DNA of 63,934 nt, the filler included, from Stramenopiles sp. TOSAG23-6 (Eukaryota): the NCBI GenBank assembly GCA_900128565.1. It is 28 parts of 28 records of this genome, joined end to end, with 100 filler letters (N's around TTAATTAATTAA, not from the genome) between each part and the next. Parts side by side here need not be neighbours in the genome. Positions count along the whole stretch, not along the records: positions 50,389 to 52,564 come from LT638235.1; positions 52,665 to 54,839 come from LT638236.1; positions 54,940 to 57,113 come from LT638237.1; positions 57,214 to 59,387 come from LT638238.1; positions 59,488 to 61,661 come from LT638239.1; positions 61,762 to 63,934 come from LT638240.1; 22 more parts are not named here. The stretch is one strand, 5' to 3'. Positions 51,506 through 63,562 of the stretch are shown piece after piece. The notes under the pieces were generated by a model. It was not told where the DNA came from. It made no database searches and saw only the letters and a list, made by a program, of their open reading frames with translations. Position 1 is the first letter of the stretch. Every line of letters begins with the position of its first letter. The translations under genes were made by a program, and so were the position numbers.

Positions 51506-51699
51506 TTTTCCACTTTTCGACTTGACTTACTTTGGTCAACTTTTCTCGGAACACGAAATATTTGAATTATTGATTCGGAAAAATCGGGGATGAAAATTTG
51601 CCATCATAAAAAAAACTTCTCTCACTCTCTTAGTTCCAAAATAAGACTTACATAGTAGTAAAAAAGGGAGTCTTCTTTCTTAACATTGTTTTCTTCTAC

Positions 51700-52564
51700 A
51701 TGCCTCCTCCGACTCTTCGTAATCTCAGTAAAGCTTTATGTGGTGATTCCTTTGATGCACCAAGTAATAGAACTTTTGAAAAATGTGAGAGTTATTCGAA
51801 CTTGAGTACCGCCAATACTCCTACTGTGGAGATCAGTAATAACAACAATACTTCTCCTGATAAACTATATACCTCAACTGTTAGGATTTTGTGTGCAAAA
51901 TCAATATACTATCAAGGTTTCCTTAGTTGCCAAGGCTTCAATGGTAAGGCAAGGCAAAATGTGTTTTGGGTCGTATTAGATGGTCCAATGATTACGTTTC
52001 GTAAGCACCGAACACATAAAGTGAAGAAAGTAGTCCACCTTGGAGCTAATTCACAAGTCATAGAACACAAACACCCACCCCACTTCAGTTTAATTATAGA
52101 AAATCCATTGACTCCAGTTCATTCGCAATACAATAGACTGATTTTCAATGTCCAAAGGAGTGAAGATGCACATCTAACATTGCATTCTTGGAAAACAGTT
52201 TTACAAGGCAGTATCAACGCGCTACTAGAGACGAATTGTGTCAACTTTCCTTTTCAATCTGTTCAAGAAGTAGTTGAAGACTTTTTTGAAGATGTTGAAC
52301 TTGATCAGACAAATGAATCAGATATACGAAGCATGTCTCCTTCGGATGCAATACATGCGCGTCGAAATCGTAATAGCTTGAAAACTCTACTTTTTGAACA
52401 AGGAGAACAAAATGAGAAAAATTTGGATAATAATTCGTCACATCGTCGAAGACTTTTGTCAGGCGACAAAACTCTAGAAAATCAAAATTGGAATTTTATT
52501 TCATCCACATCCACCGATAGGATATCAACTTCACCTTTACTTCAATTTCATATTTTACTTTCTG
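51700..52564 (+). CDS. PH-domain protein (partial)
   Basis: YYQGFL...FWVVLDG...SWKTVLQGSI. Confidence 0.65.
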
Positions 52565-53147
52565 NNNNNNNNNNNNNNNNNNNNNNNNNNNNNNNNNNNN
52601 NNNNNNNNTTAATTAATTAANNNNNNNNNNNNNNNNNNNNNNNNNNNNNNNNNNNNNNNNNNNNAAATTACAAGAAAGATCGTTTTTGGTTGTTCATCGT
52701 GATTTATTATCTTTTTGTTGCTGTGTTTGCCAAATACCAATATGAGGAGTTGATGCAGACATGTCACTGAACCCATTTGATGTGCCCAGACTACTGCCCC
52801 ACATTATGATAGCTGAATACAATGACTTCTATATTCTGAGTACTGGTGTAAGAATGCTATTTTTCTTACCCGCTTTAATATTTTAATACACCGTGCTGAA
52901 TCTCAGGAACCCAAAGAATGTTGACCTGCCATCATTTGATATCTATCTGTCGTCTCGAGAAAGATTTCATTTTTTAGGTATCAAATTTTGTACTTATTAC
53001 GAATATTTGTACTAGTGGCAAACACGAAATCCGAAACTTTGTGCCCACCAGTAGTTTTGAATTGTGACCACTTGATTTCTCAAGAGATCTGATCGATCTG
53101 GTCATCATCAAACACAACAGTGTCTCTCCGCATTCTTAATCAGAAAA

Positions 53148-54393
53148 ATGGGATTCGGATTAGTTGCCAAATGTATTGCACTTCTTGCAGTCATTGTAGG
53201 TGTTGTAATTTTCGTCCTTCCTCCAGATGTGCTGAAAGGAATATCATCCAATGTTGTTCTCAATAATTGGCAGCTTCAATTGACCGTAACCGGGTTCTGT
53301 TTTTCGGGGCTTCCGCAAAGATTACTCCAACCTGAACGCGGCCTTGATATTGGCGGTGATTTCGATTTTGCTACTGATGGTGATCTTGAAAACGACGATT
53401 ACAATAAGGCATCGATTTATTCACTTTTGTATGGAATGTATGCGAATGCTGGTACAGTCATCTCTGACTTGGGTGTTCCTTACCAATTCACGTTTAATAC
53501 TTGGGGAATCGCACCAAGTCCGTACCCTGTGAATGATCCACAACGCCACGGCAAAGCGGCATACACAGGTCTCGTTCGTTTCCCACAAGTTCTGGAGTAC
53601 TTAGAAAATGTAACGGATTCTCCGGTCATGGTGGAAATCGGCAGTGGAACTGGAGCCGGAGCTAACCTCATTACTCGTGAACTTATTCCTAAGGCTACAT
53701 ATTATGCCATTGACATGCAAGCTGCTGGTGTAGCCACGTGTAAAAAACTTCATGGTAACGAATCAAATCCAAATCTTAAGTGTGTGCATGCTCCAGAAGG
53801 TATTGGAGTGGGTGGTAATCGTGTAAAATATCCTGACGGTAGCTTAATGCCTGACCATTCCGTTGATTTCGTGATTATCTGTGAAACTCATATTGCAGAT
53901 GTCGAAATTGGAGTAGAAGAAAAAGCAATATTCGCTGAAATTCACCGTATTTTGAAACCAGGAGGATATTTCTTATGGGGTAATGCTTTACCTACGCGAG
54001 TTTGGAATGCTGCCGTTCCTTATCTCAACGATAATGGTTTTAGTCGTCAAATGAGTTTAAATCACACTGCCGGTGCCATTACTGCGCGAGACGAAGATGA
54101 AAACCGTGTAAACGCGTACTGCGATTCCCTTATGGGTGGATTCCCCGTCTTCAAGGCTCCATTTGGTTGGGGTGACGAGTGCCATCTTGTCACTGATCGA
54201 CTCATTAAAAACTTTTACAGACATCCTGGTACTGTACGTTTTCATCATCAATATCAAATCTATTTATTTTTTTATAAAAATTTTGTACCTAACAAAAACA
54301 ATTTGAAAATATTTTCCTAAAATACATGCGTTGTATTTGAAGATGGTTACTGGTTTTGATTCATATATGCATGAAGCATACCAAGCAAATTGA
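53148..54393 (+). CDS. SAM-dependent methyltransferase with N-terminal anchor; GT..AT intron at 54234-54327
   Basis: VEIGSGTGAG, FAEIHRILKPGG. ACT|intron|GCG gives RHPGT-ALYLKMVTGFDSY. Confidence 0.85.
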
Positions 54394-54939
54394 TTTGTGA
54401 AGAGCATTGAATGTGGTTTTGATATTTTTTAGTGTTTAGTTTATGTTGAAGTTCTTGTTAGTGTTTTTAAAGTGAAGTTCTTTTTTTAATGAAGAATGAG
54501 TTTGAAGGTATATGACAATCTTTAGTCAAGGAATTTAGTACTGAGAAAATGTTTTATTCTGTTTTGTTCGTACTACAATAACAAGCTAGAGTCAGTGTAT
54601 ACAATCGAAATAAATGGTTTTATTTTTTTAATGATTGTTTAAATATTTTAAATTGTTATAATTGATTACTTTAATACGACTTTGTACGTTAGCTTACGTA
54701 ATATAGGCATCTTCGATACAAACAAATCTGGTTCATCAAATAGTTGAGGACTTGTAGAACCACCAGATGAAACAATGTCTTTAAAATATGTATTTTGGAA
54801 AAATATTTCAAAAAAAAATCGTTAGGTACAAAATTTCGTNNNNNNNNNNNNNNNNNNNNNNNNNNNNNNNNNNNNNNNNNNNNTTAATTAATTAANNNNN
54901 NNNNNNNNNNNNNNNNNNNNNNNNNNNNNNNNNNNNNNN

Positions 54940-55516
54940 CTTTATCCACAACTTTCTTCGGTTTATCGTGTCCATTTATTTCCGAAGTCAGTTTTTGATC
55001 TTCTTCTTTGTCGTTGGTGATTTTAGGTTGAACTAGAATTGGAAATAAATCCTCTATCATGGATCTATGTACTCCTAGTAGAGATTTCAACGCAACACGG
55101 GTAGTATTACACCACACAGTGTCTTGAATAGATTGTCCTCTGGATTGCTTCTGCGAGATACTTGATGAAAATTCCCCATTGATACGTGTATTAGAAGTTA
55201 GAAGTTTTGTACTAGTTGATATAGTAGAAGAGTTTTTTCTAGTTTCCTTGCGATTTTCGTGACGAGTCGTTGATAAGAATAATTGAGGATCTAATGTAAG
55301 ATATGAATTATCGTTTTTCATTGGCATACTATTCACACCGCTTTCTTCCTCATGTAGAGTTTCATCTAACATTTGATTATTCATACAAGTTGTTTGTTTT
55401 TCATTACCGAACCAACTTTCATCTTCTAATAAAATATCCTCAACTGTGTGTTGTAAAAGTCCTTGAGGATCAGCAGCAGATGAAGACTTTTTAGCAGTGT
55501 AATTCATTCTACTCAT
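54940..55516 (-). CDS. Unknown protein N-terminus (partial)
   Basis: ORF only. Confidence 0.45.
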
Positions 55517-55935
55517 GGATATATATAATCAAAAAAGAATAGTTATTGTGCAACAACAATACAACAACAAGGAGTTGTATTAAGAAGTAAGTCTCAAGAA
55601 GAAGCATCGGAGTTGTTAATCTAGTCAATACCCACAGTTACAGATTTCCGCAGAAATCTCCTCAAATTGACGACCGCCGATATACGGTACCGGGTATTAT
55701 TTTTCTGTGTGGAACACAGCGACAGCTCGTGTGAACAACTCACAGAAAGCCTCATTCTACGGGTACATTTTTTCACACCTGTTTCGCAATTCTCTATTTG
55801 CATTACAAAGTCTTATTTTATCTCTCGGAGTAAGAAGAACACATAGATAAGATTCTGCTAAAGTTTGGAGTTACACCAAGCAAAGATAAAAGAAAAAAAA
55901 CCTATTGGTGCAAACATTATTTAGAAAAAAACAGT

Positions 55936-56878
55936 ATGTTTTCATATCGATTAGTGAGTTGGGCTAGAGCTGCAGGCATAGCAAACGTTTGCCGAAGAGG
56001 TTTAGCCCAATCTGCTGCGGGTAAAGTGGTTGTTGGGTCTCAAAGTATAAAGCCACGCCGTAGACGACAACTTAAGGCTGCTCTTTCATTGGTACGTACA
56101 ATTTGCCATATTTTGTGTTTTATAGAATTTGCTTTGTATGATGCATTGCTTTTGTTATTCTGTGTTATATCATTTTCACTATGCTCTCCACACTTGATGA
56201 CATTATTTATATCAATATGATACAAACGACATCTTTTTAACAAAGAATACTCTTTATGATATCATTATTTCCATAGACTGATGCAGCTGCTGATAGAGTA
56301 AAAGAATTATTAGAAGGAAAAGATGATGTACGTTTTCATTATGACTTTTCAAATTTATTTTTTTCGTAGGGAATTTTCTATCTAACAAATTTCATTTTTT
56401 TGTAATATTTTCCCAAAATATATGTTATTGGAGTTCGTATTGGAGTCAAAACTAGGGGATGCAATGGACTTTCATACACAATGAATTATGCAAAAGAAAC
56501 AGAAAAGTTTGAGGAGGTAGTAAAAGAAAAAGGCGTGACTGTTGTAATAGAATCAAAAGCGCTAATGCATGTATGTTTTACTTTTTTTCGATTTTGAATT
56601 TATTTTTTTTCGTACGAAATTTTGTACCTAACATTTTTTTTTGAGTAAAAAAAAAATATTTTTACAAAATACATGTACGTTTTTCATAAGGAATTAATTT
56701 TTTTTTTAGTAAAAAGAGAAGTTTTTTTTAACAAAAAAATTAATTTGATATATTTTTCACAACACATGTCGTAGGTACAACAATGGACTACGCAACAGAT
56801 GAAATATCTGCAGAGTTTGTGTTTCATAATCCAAATGCTAAAGGAGCTTGTGGTTGTGGAGAAAGTTTTAATACATAA
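55936..56878 (+). CDS. ISCA1: Iron-sulfur cluster assembly protein IscA/Isa1, mitochondrial, complete (exons 55936-56091, 56277-56327, 56424-56570, 56768-56878)
   Basis: AALSL|TDAAADRVKELL...|VIGVRIGVKTRGCNGLSY...KALMH|VVGTTMDY...NPNAKGACGCGESF. Confidence 0.95.
56092..56276 (+). other. Ordinary non-family GT..AG intron
   Basis: TTG|GTACGT...CCATAG|ACT, without the family motifs. Confidence 0.88.
56328..56423 (+). other. Family intron, GT..AT
   Basis: GAT|GTACGT...AAATATAT|GTT. Confidence 0.88.
56571..56767 (+). other. Two back-to-back family introns (56571-56674 and 56675-56767) with no exon between them
   Basis: CAT|GTATGT...AATACAT|GTACGT...AACACAT|GTC. Confidence 0.85.
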
Positions 56879-57277
56879 TCACAGTAAAAGTAATGAAAAT
56901 AAATGTTAAATCACTGTATGATCACTATAAAAGTAATGAAAATAAATGTTAAATTACTGTATTAGATGTTACATATTTGAAATTGAATCTGTACTACATT
57001 CTGGTAAACATATACATCACCTATCTCTCTTTTTACTATCGACTGCACTGAGTACTACCAGAAGTCACTTAACTCATGATACAATCAGAAGTCACTTAAC
57101 TCATGATACAATCNNNNNNNNNNNNNNNNNNNNNNNNNNNNNNNNNNNNNNNNNNNNTTAATTAATTAANNNNNNNNNNNNNNNNNNNNNNNNNNNNNNN
57201 NNNNNNNNNNNNNGAAAACCAAAAAAAAAAAAAAAAAAAAATTCATCGTAAAAAAAAAATTCATAATGAAAATGTAC

Positions 57278-58078
57278 AGAACTGCTTTTAATCGAGCTTG
57301 AATTGTTACTGTCAGAGAACTGATTAGTTTTAACGCTTCATTTTTTTCTAGTTGTTCTTTAGACTGTCATGTTTCATAGAAAAATATGTCAAACGTTTAA
57401 AGAAAATGTTAGGTACAATTTTTTGTATGAAAAAAATCGAAAAATTTTAATCAATGCATTTGAACATTTGAAATGATTTTCTTCAAAATAAAAACGAAAG
57501 AAATTAGTAAAGTACAAAAAAATGAATCAATATAACAAACTTGGTCTTCCGTATGATGTATTACTAGAATTACGACGTTGTTGTGCGTGTACGGGTGGTC
57601 TGTTTTGTTGATCATTTCGCATAGGTTGGTTTGCAGGTCTAGCATAAAGCGGCGGATCTTTCCCAAAAATAGATGAAGCTGCAGCAACTCCAAGAGCTAG
57701 ATTGCTGGATGCTGAATTCCACTGAGATAGATATGGCATATATACTTTCCCATCACTACCAACATTCTTATGTCTTGGAGGAATCATCAGTGTTGGGGTA
57801 GGTGTTACGTACATGACTGGACCTTGGACGGGATATTGTTCGGGTAGCCAAATGCGCATGGGGATATTATACCCTACCCCTTTATGAAAAATCTTCACTG
57901 TACCCTCCATTTTAAAAAGAAACCGTGAGGTACCATCGTTTTGAACCAATGTCCCTGTTTTTGGGCGCATATTTGGGCATTGTGAAAGCAAAGCGACGAC
58001 ATGTTGACGTACATAATTGAATTTATATGGCATATTGACTTTGGCTAGTTCACTGTCTAACACGGCGTAGCTATTCAT
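57278..58078 (-). CDS. TSG101: ESCRT-I TSG101/Vps23 (UEV domain; partial); GT..AT intron at 57369-57540
   Basis: GTVKIFHKGVGYNIPMRIWLPEQYP..P..YVTPT...HKNVGSDGKVYMPYLSQW. Confidence 0.9.
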
Positions 58079-58545
58079 TATATTATATTTTTCACGTAGA
58101 TCTTTTATCTACTGGAAGATCAATGTAAACACTTAATATTGTATGATGTAATCGTTGTATCGAAACACTGTAATGGTAGTAATTGTATAAATATCACCTA
58201 TAGTATATTATATTTTGTTCAATGTTTACAACGAATGAAAAAGACTCGAAGAAGAAGAACTCGGAAGACTTTTACTTTTACATTGTTTGAAAACCCTAAC
58301 CCTAGCTATTATTTACTACAGCCAACAAACAATAAAACCCTAACCCTAACAAAAGCCGTTATTTTATAACGGCCAAAAAAAACATGAAAAAAAAAAAATA
58401 TTTTTCGGATCTACACTACTACTACTATATAGTATTTACTACACAAACTAAATACTAATACTCCACGCGGATCCAATACAATTCATCCAGTATTTATCTT
58501 TATCAATCTATTTCTGTACACACACTTCAACCAATACATTTAATC

Positions 58546-59350
58546 ATGCGATCTGATCTATCTTGGTCTGATCAAGTCCCTGAGAAAGATGATAGAGACA
58601 ATTCTGTGTGGGACATTGCATTCTCTCCTGACGGTTCTCAAATGATTGTTGCCGTCACAAATAGGGTTTTAGTATATGACGCAATCGATGCTGAATTGAT
58701 CAATTCATTAAGAGGACATAAAGGTACAGTATACTCAGTATCATACTCATATGATAGTAAAATGTTTGCCTCTGGAGGTTCGGATTCAACAGTAATTATA
58801 TGGACTTCCGAATTAGAAGGAAAACTAAAATATTCGCACTCATCATCGGTACAAAATATTGCCTTTAACCCAGTGACAAACCAACTCATATCATGCACAG
58901 AAGATGATTTTGGGTTTTGGTCTCCTCGCGCAAAATCTGTGAAAAAACACAAAGTAGATTCAAGGATTTTATGTGTCAGTTGGACACCAAATGGACAGTA
59001 TTTTGCACTTGGTCTGTTTAATGGTGAAGTATCTATCCGTGCTGGCAATGGAGAACAAAAAGTTTGTATACAAAAAAGTGATCCAATTTGGACACTTCAA
59101 TGGAATCCAGATGAATCAAATCAAAATGATATTTTAGCCGTTGGCTGCTGGGACCAAACATTAAGCTTTTATACGTTAGATGGTCAAGAACAATTGGTTA
59201 AACATATTGGATATGATCCATGTAGTATTAATTATTTTTCGAATGGCGAATATATTGTCATCGGCGGATCAAATAATAAAGTACTATTAATGACATCACA
59301 AGGAGTTGCATTGGAGGAAATATATACTGCTAATTCATGGATTTGGACAT
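58546..59350 (+). CDS. IFT122: Intraflagellar transport protein 122 (WD40; partial)
   Basis: DIAFSPDGSQMIVA, LRGHKGTVY, FASGGSD.TVIIW...EGKLKYSH, LAVGCWDQTLSFY. Confidence 0.93.
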
Positions 59351-59993
59351 GTATGTATGTTTTATGTTTTTTTTTTTTTTTTACCGANNNNNNNNNNNNN
59401 NNNNNNNNNNNNNNNNNNNNNNNNNNNNNNNTTAATTAATTAANNNNNNNNNNNNNNNNNNNNNNNNNNNNNNNNNNNNNNNNNNNNTTTGTTAGGTACA
59501 AAATTTTTTTACCAAAAAAAAAAAAATAAATTCGATTTTTTTTGTAAAATAAAAAAATAAAAAAATAAAACATACATTACATTCTTGTTCAGTTACATGA
59601 CCTGTGCTGGAAGAGGTAACGTTGGTACTATGTTCAAGATGTTCAACATCTTGAAGATGTTCAATATGTTCAACATCTTGAGGATTTCTTTTATATATCT
59701 CTATGATTCGCGAAGATAAAGCCCAAAACTGAAATTTTAAAATACCACTGGACGGCACTATCATGTGTGAAAAATGATTTATAGAGTTTTTATTTGTTAG
59801 TTTTATGTACAAAGTGTAAAACTATTGATGTAAAAACAAATATTCAAGTCAAACTTTGATTGTTGTAAAGTGTTTTGGACCTGTACAAAAAAATTAGATT
59901 TCAAATTTCAAATATATGATAATTCAAAGTGAAAAAAAATTATAAAAAAATTGTTAGGTAAAAAATTTCGTATGAAAAAATCAAATAACCTAC

Positions 59994-61593
59994 AATTCCA
60001 TCTCGTCGACATCACTTGAGTAGATGGTATTGGTTTACCATTAAGAGTAACATTGCGCCAATATTCACTTATATTCAAATCACCCTTTGCTGTATTGTGA
60101 AGAAATACTAAAAAAAGAAAAAAAATTAGGGCTAGATTTTTTTACAAAAAAAAAAAATGTTTGTATAAAAAAAAATCTTGATGACAATGTAAAAATTTTT
60201 TTTTTTTGATTTTTTTTTGTTTGGTATGAAATTTTTTTACAAAAAAAAAAAAAAAAAAAATCTTGATGACAATGTACAAGTTTGGAATTTCACTCTATTT
60301 AACAAAATCGTAGATATTGTAAATTCACGAGATATGGACAAATTAAATTCAAAATTTTCAATTTTTCTACAATTTTTGTGATAATGTGGTTGGACAATTA
60401 CATATTGAAATTGTAAAACTCCACATTTAGGTAAACCAAATGGTTTGATTATATTTTCATATTTTTCATTGATGTTGTCATTTTGTTTTCCTGAATGTTT
60501 TGAATTTTGAATTTTCGTTTTTTTCTTGTTTGATTTTCGTTTTGTGATTTTTGTGATTGATGGATCGATCTTATTGATCATATTGATATCTTGATGTAGT
60601 TTATCTACGCCGTATTCTTCTTCTACTGAAAATGTAGCACCATCAATGGTTGAATTCGTCCAATGTTCACCCACTCGATGTAAAACACGAAATCTAAGAT
60701 TTTCAGCCAAATTTCTTTCATCACAATTTGATAAATTCAATGTATAAAAGTCCGATAAAACATATAAAGGATTTCGTGTAAATATTTCGAATTCTAAATG
60801 TCCATGGTTTGGCAATTTTAAAATATGCATTGCTTTTTGTTGACTATTTGGTCTACTATTGAGTTGCTTTTGTTGAGTATTTGGTCTACTATTGAGAAGT
60901 TTTTGTTGAGTATTTGGTCTACTATTGAGATGTTTTTGTTGACTATTTGGTCTACTATTGAGATGTTTTTGTTGAGTATTTGATATCATTGAGTTCATCG
61001 AATCTTCGTGACTTATTTCTTCATTGATATCAACAGTACAACCAATGGATTCTTCTTTTATTTGGTTTCTTTGATGATTGGATGTTGATCTATTTGTACC
61101 AATTTTAGAATTTCCCAAACATTTCTCAAACCAGTCTTTTATTTTGACTTCATTTCCATCTAATGTTGGCTTATACCATACATTCAAGGGTGATAATGCT
61201 GTAGATTGGAAAATATTTCAAAAAAAAAAAAAAAAAAAAGTTGGGAACAAAATTTTTTTACCAAAAAAAAAAAAAATCGATTTTTTTTTTACCGAAAAAA
61301 AAAAATAAATAAAACATACCTATATCCTCTAAGAACAATTGAGCGGCTTTATTTTGTAATTTGTCGCTTAGGACAAAAGATTTTTTTTCACTATAATTCA
61401 TTCGGAAAGACACGAAATCAAGTTCTATTCGGCCTTCCTTTTTTTGCTCAATCCAATGTGTGCCACGTGGCACAGACTCATCAAAATCAAAAGGTTCATG
61501 ATTATATGATTCATTTAGAATGTTCTCACCAGGTTCGTTCCGTGCTGCTTCTAAAATACTATAGAAAGTTTCTCTATGTTTTTGTAACTTCAA
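59994..61593 (-). CDS. Unknown multi-exon protein with QQKxLNSRPN repeats; family GT..AG introns at 60090-60277 and 61199-61319
   Basis: In-frame joins EDI-A-LSPLNVW and FQT-S-KGDLN. Confidence 0.55.
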
Positions 61594-61613
61594 ATCTAAT
61601 ACAAAATGAATAG

Positions 61614-61653
<40 letters not shown>

Positions 61654-61875
61654 TTTTTTTTNNNNNNNNNNNNNNNNNNNNNNNNNNNNNNNNNNNNNNN
61701 NNNNNTTAATTAATTAANNNNNNNNNNNNNNNNNNNNNNNNNNNNNNNNNNNNNNNNNNNNTGGTGAAATAAACCGACCGATAATATATTGTGAAAAATA
61801 TTTTTGTTTTGTAAAAACTCGTTAGGTACAAAATTTACCATTAAAAAAGAATCAAAATTTATGATGAAAACGTAC

Positions 61876-62581
61876 ATACACTGCATTAATTTTGATGGGA
61901 TAAGCATCTTGATAGATTTTTGAAATTCTCTTTTCATGGATGTTGCAAAAATATTTCAAAAAAAATCTAAAAAAATTGTTAGGTACAAAATTTCCTATAA
62001 AAAAAAAAATTCGAAATTGAAAAAAAAATAAAACATACATCCAATATTTCCCAAGCCTCTTTAAAATCTTCATACGCCAAATGATACTCACCTAGACTAC
62101 AGTATGCGCGTCCCCGACTATAAAAAAGAAGATGAACGGGGCAATCAAAATGCTCAAAGCTACCTTTTTGTACCCAATGTAAAGCATTTGTGAACTCTGC
62201 AACGGCAGATCGAGGCCGATTCATATGTTTTTTGGCAGCATTATAACAATTCCAAAATTCCATTATCATTTTATTTTGATGGCAAGTGTTACTATTTCCC
62301 AAAAATAGCTCAGACTCTGAAGAGACTGCCTGTATATCTAAGTGCTTATCAATAGAGTTGGAACATTCCCTTTCCAGAGAAACAAATTCATCATGTATTG
62401 AAGCTTCATCTTTTTCAGTTATCGTGATATTATCTTGATATACGTTTTGCTGGGAAGCAACTACAGCTTTTGCGCTTTGTACAGCAAATTCTGTCATTGC
62501 TTGCAAAACTAAACGCTCTTGTAGTAACGCAAGACGCCGAAGGTGGTCAACCATATCGGCATCAGCTTCCAATAGTGTCAT
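61876..62581 (-). CDS. TPR-containing protein (partial); GT..AT intron at 61936-62038
   Basis: LFYSRGRAYCSLGEYHLAYEDFKEA. Confidence 0.7.
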
Positions 62582-62824
62582 TTATAATATACTATAATAA
62601 CTCTCTATACAACAACTATAGTAGACTTATTGATGATGATCAGAATGACAGTCTCTGACGCTGACTGACTCTAGCGGCTGGCTGCGTAGGCTAGGGTTAG
62701 GGTTCAGTGTAAATAATTGTGTTTGTGTTCGCTTCGATAAGTTGGTTGGTTTTATACTTGCCTGCGCAATAACTAAATATTGGATCTTATATTACCCATT
62801 TTCTTGAAAATTACGTTCGAAAAC

Positions 62825-63562
62825 ATGGAAGGTGGACAACGCAGGCGATTGCAGCTTGCACCTCGCTCTAAGAAGGCAGGCGCTGTCGGCGGTTACGCAG
62901 CTCCTTCGACAAAATCTTCAATATTTGGAGCAGCTCGCCCACGGGAGGAAATTCTCAAGTCCAAGGGAATTGACTTCAAAAAGGTTGAGGAGGATTTAGA
63001 AAAGCGCACTTCATCTTACCCACGCATGGATGAGAAAGCCCTTGAAAATGTGAAGGCTATTGAAAGTGAAATATCTCATGCAAAGTCTGAGCTAGAAGAA
63101 ATTAGTGTTGACGCATCTGCTGAAGAAAAGCAAAAGTTGGAGAATGTTCTGAAAACCAAGGAAGCAGAACTCACTACCTTTCTCGAAAGCGTTGTAGCAC
63201 AGAATGCCGCAAATCGTAAATTCGAGCGCCCATCCGAGCGAAGGCGCAGACAAGAAGACAATAGGCGTGAAAATGGTGATTATGGAAGTCGTAGTGGTAA
63301 TCATGACGACACTACTTTCAGTAATTTTGGAAACTCCCGCAATCGTCGTAATAGCGGCGGAAGACGCAATCGACAGCGAGGTAACGACAATAGAGGCTAT
63401 GACAATAGAAGTTATGATAATGGAGGCTATGGTAATGGAGGTTACAACTCCCGAAGAAAAGACAGCTTCGACAGAGATGAAGGTGGTCGAAATCACAGGC
63501 AAAAATACGACCACATTGACCGTGCACTTGAAGGAGACGATAACCTTGGAGAAGCGTGGTAA
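62825..63562 (+). CDS. eIF4B-like protein
   Basis: RRRLQLAPRS, SSIFGAARPREEIL, R/G/D/N-rich tail. Confidence 0.65.
   Translation: MEGGQRRRLQLAPRSKKAGAVGGYAAPSTKSSIFGAARPREEILKSKGIDFKKVEEDLEKRTSSYPRMDEKALENVKAIESEISHAKSELEEISVDASAEEKQKLENVLKTKEAELTTFLESVVAQNAANRKFERPSERRRRQEDNRRENGDYGSRSGNHDDTTFSNFGNSRNRRNSGGRRNRQRGNDNRGYDNRSYDNGGYGNGGYNSRRKDSFDRDEGGRNHRQKYDHIDRALEGDDNLGEAW

Larger units (their letters stand above)
2204..61761. other. 27 artificial 100-nt contig linkers (N-run + TTAATTAATTAA + N-run); the window is 28 concatenated ~2.2 kb contigs
   Basis: The same linker, with stops in all six frames, recurs about every 2.3 kb (2204-2303, 4508-4607 ... 61662-61761). Contig lengths fall steadily from about 2203 to 2173. 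Confidence 0.98.

Noticed and set aside
56328-56423. Reading the family as classical U12 AT-AC introns by sliding boundaries 2 nt
   Set aside because: This works only where the exon ends in AT. At 2531 it would change conserved Pro to His, at 31524 Leu to His, and those introns would not start with AT. RTATCCTT is absent.
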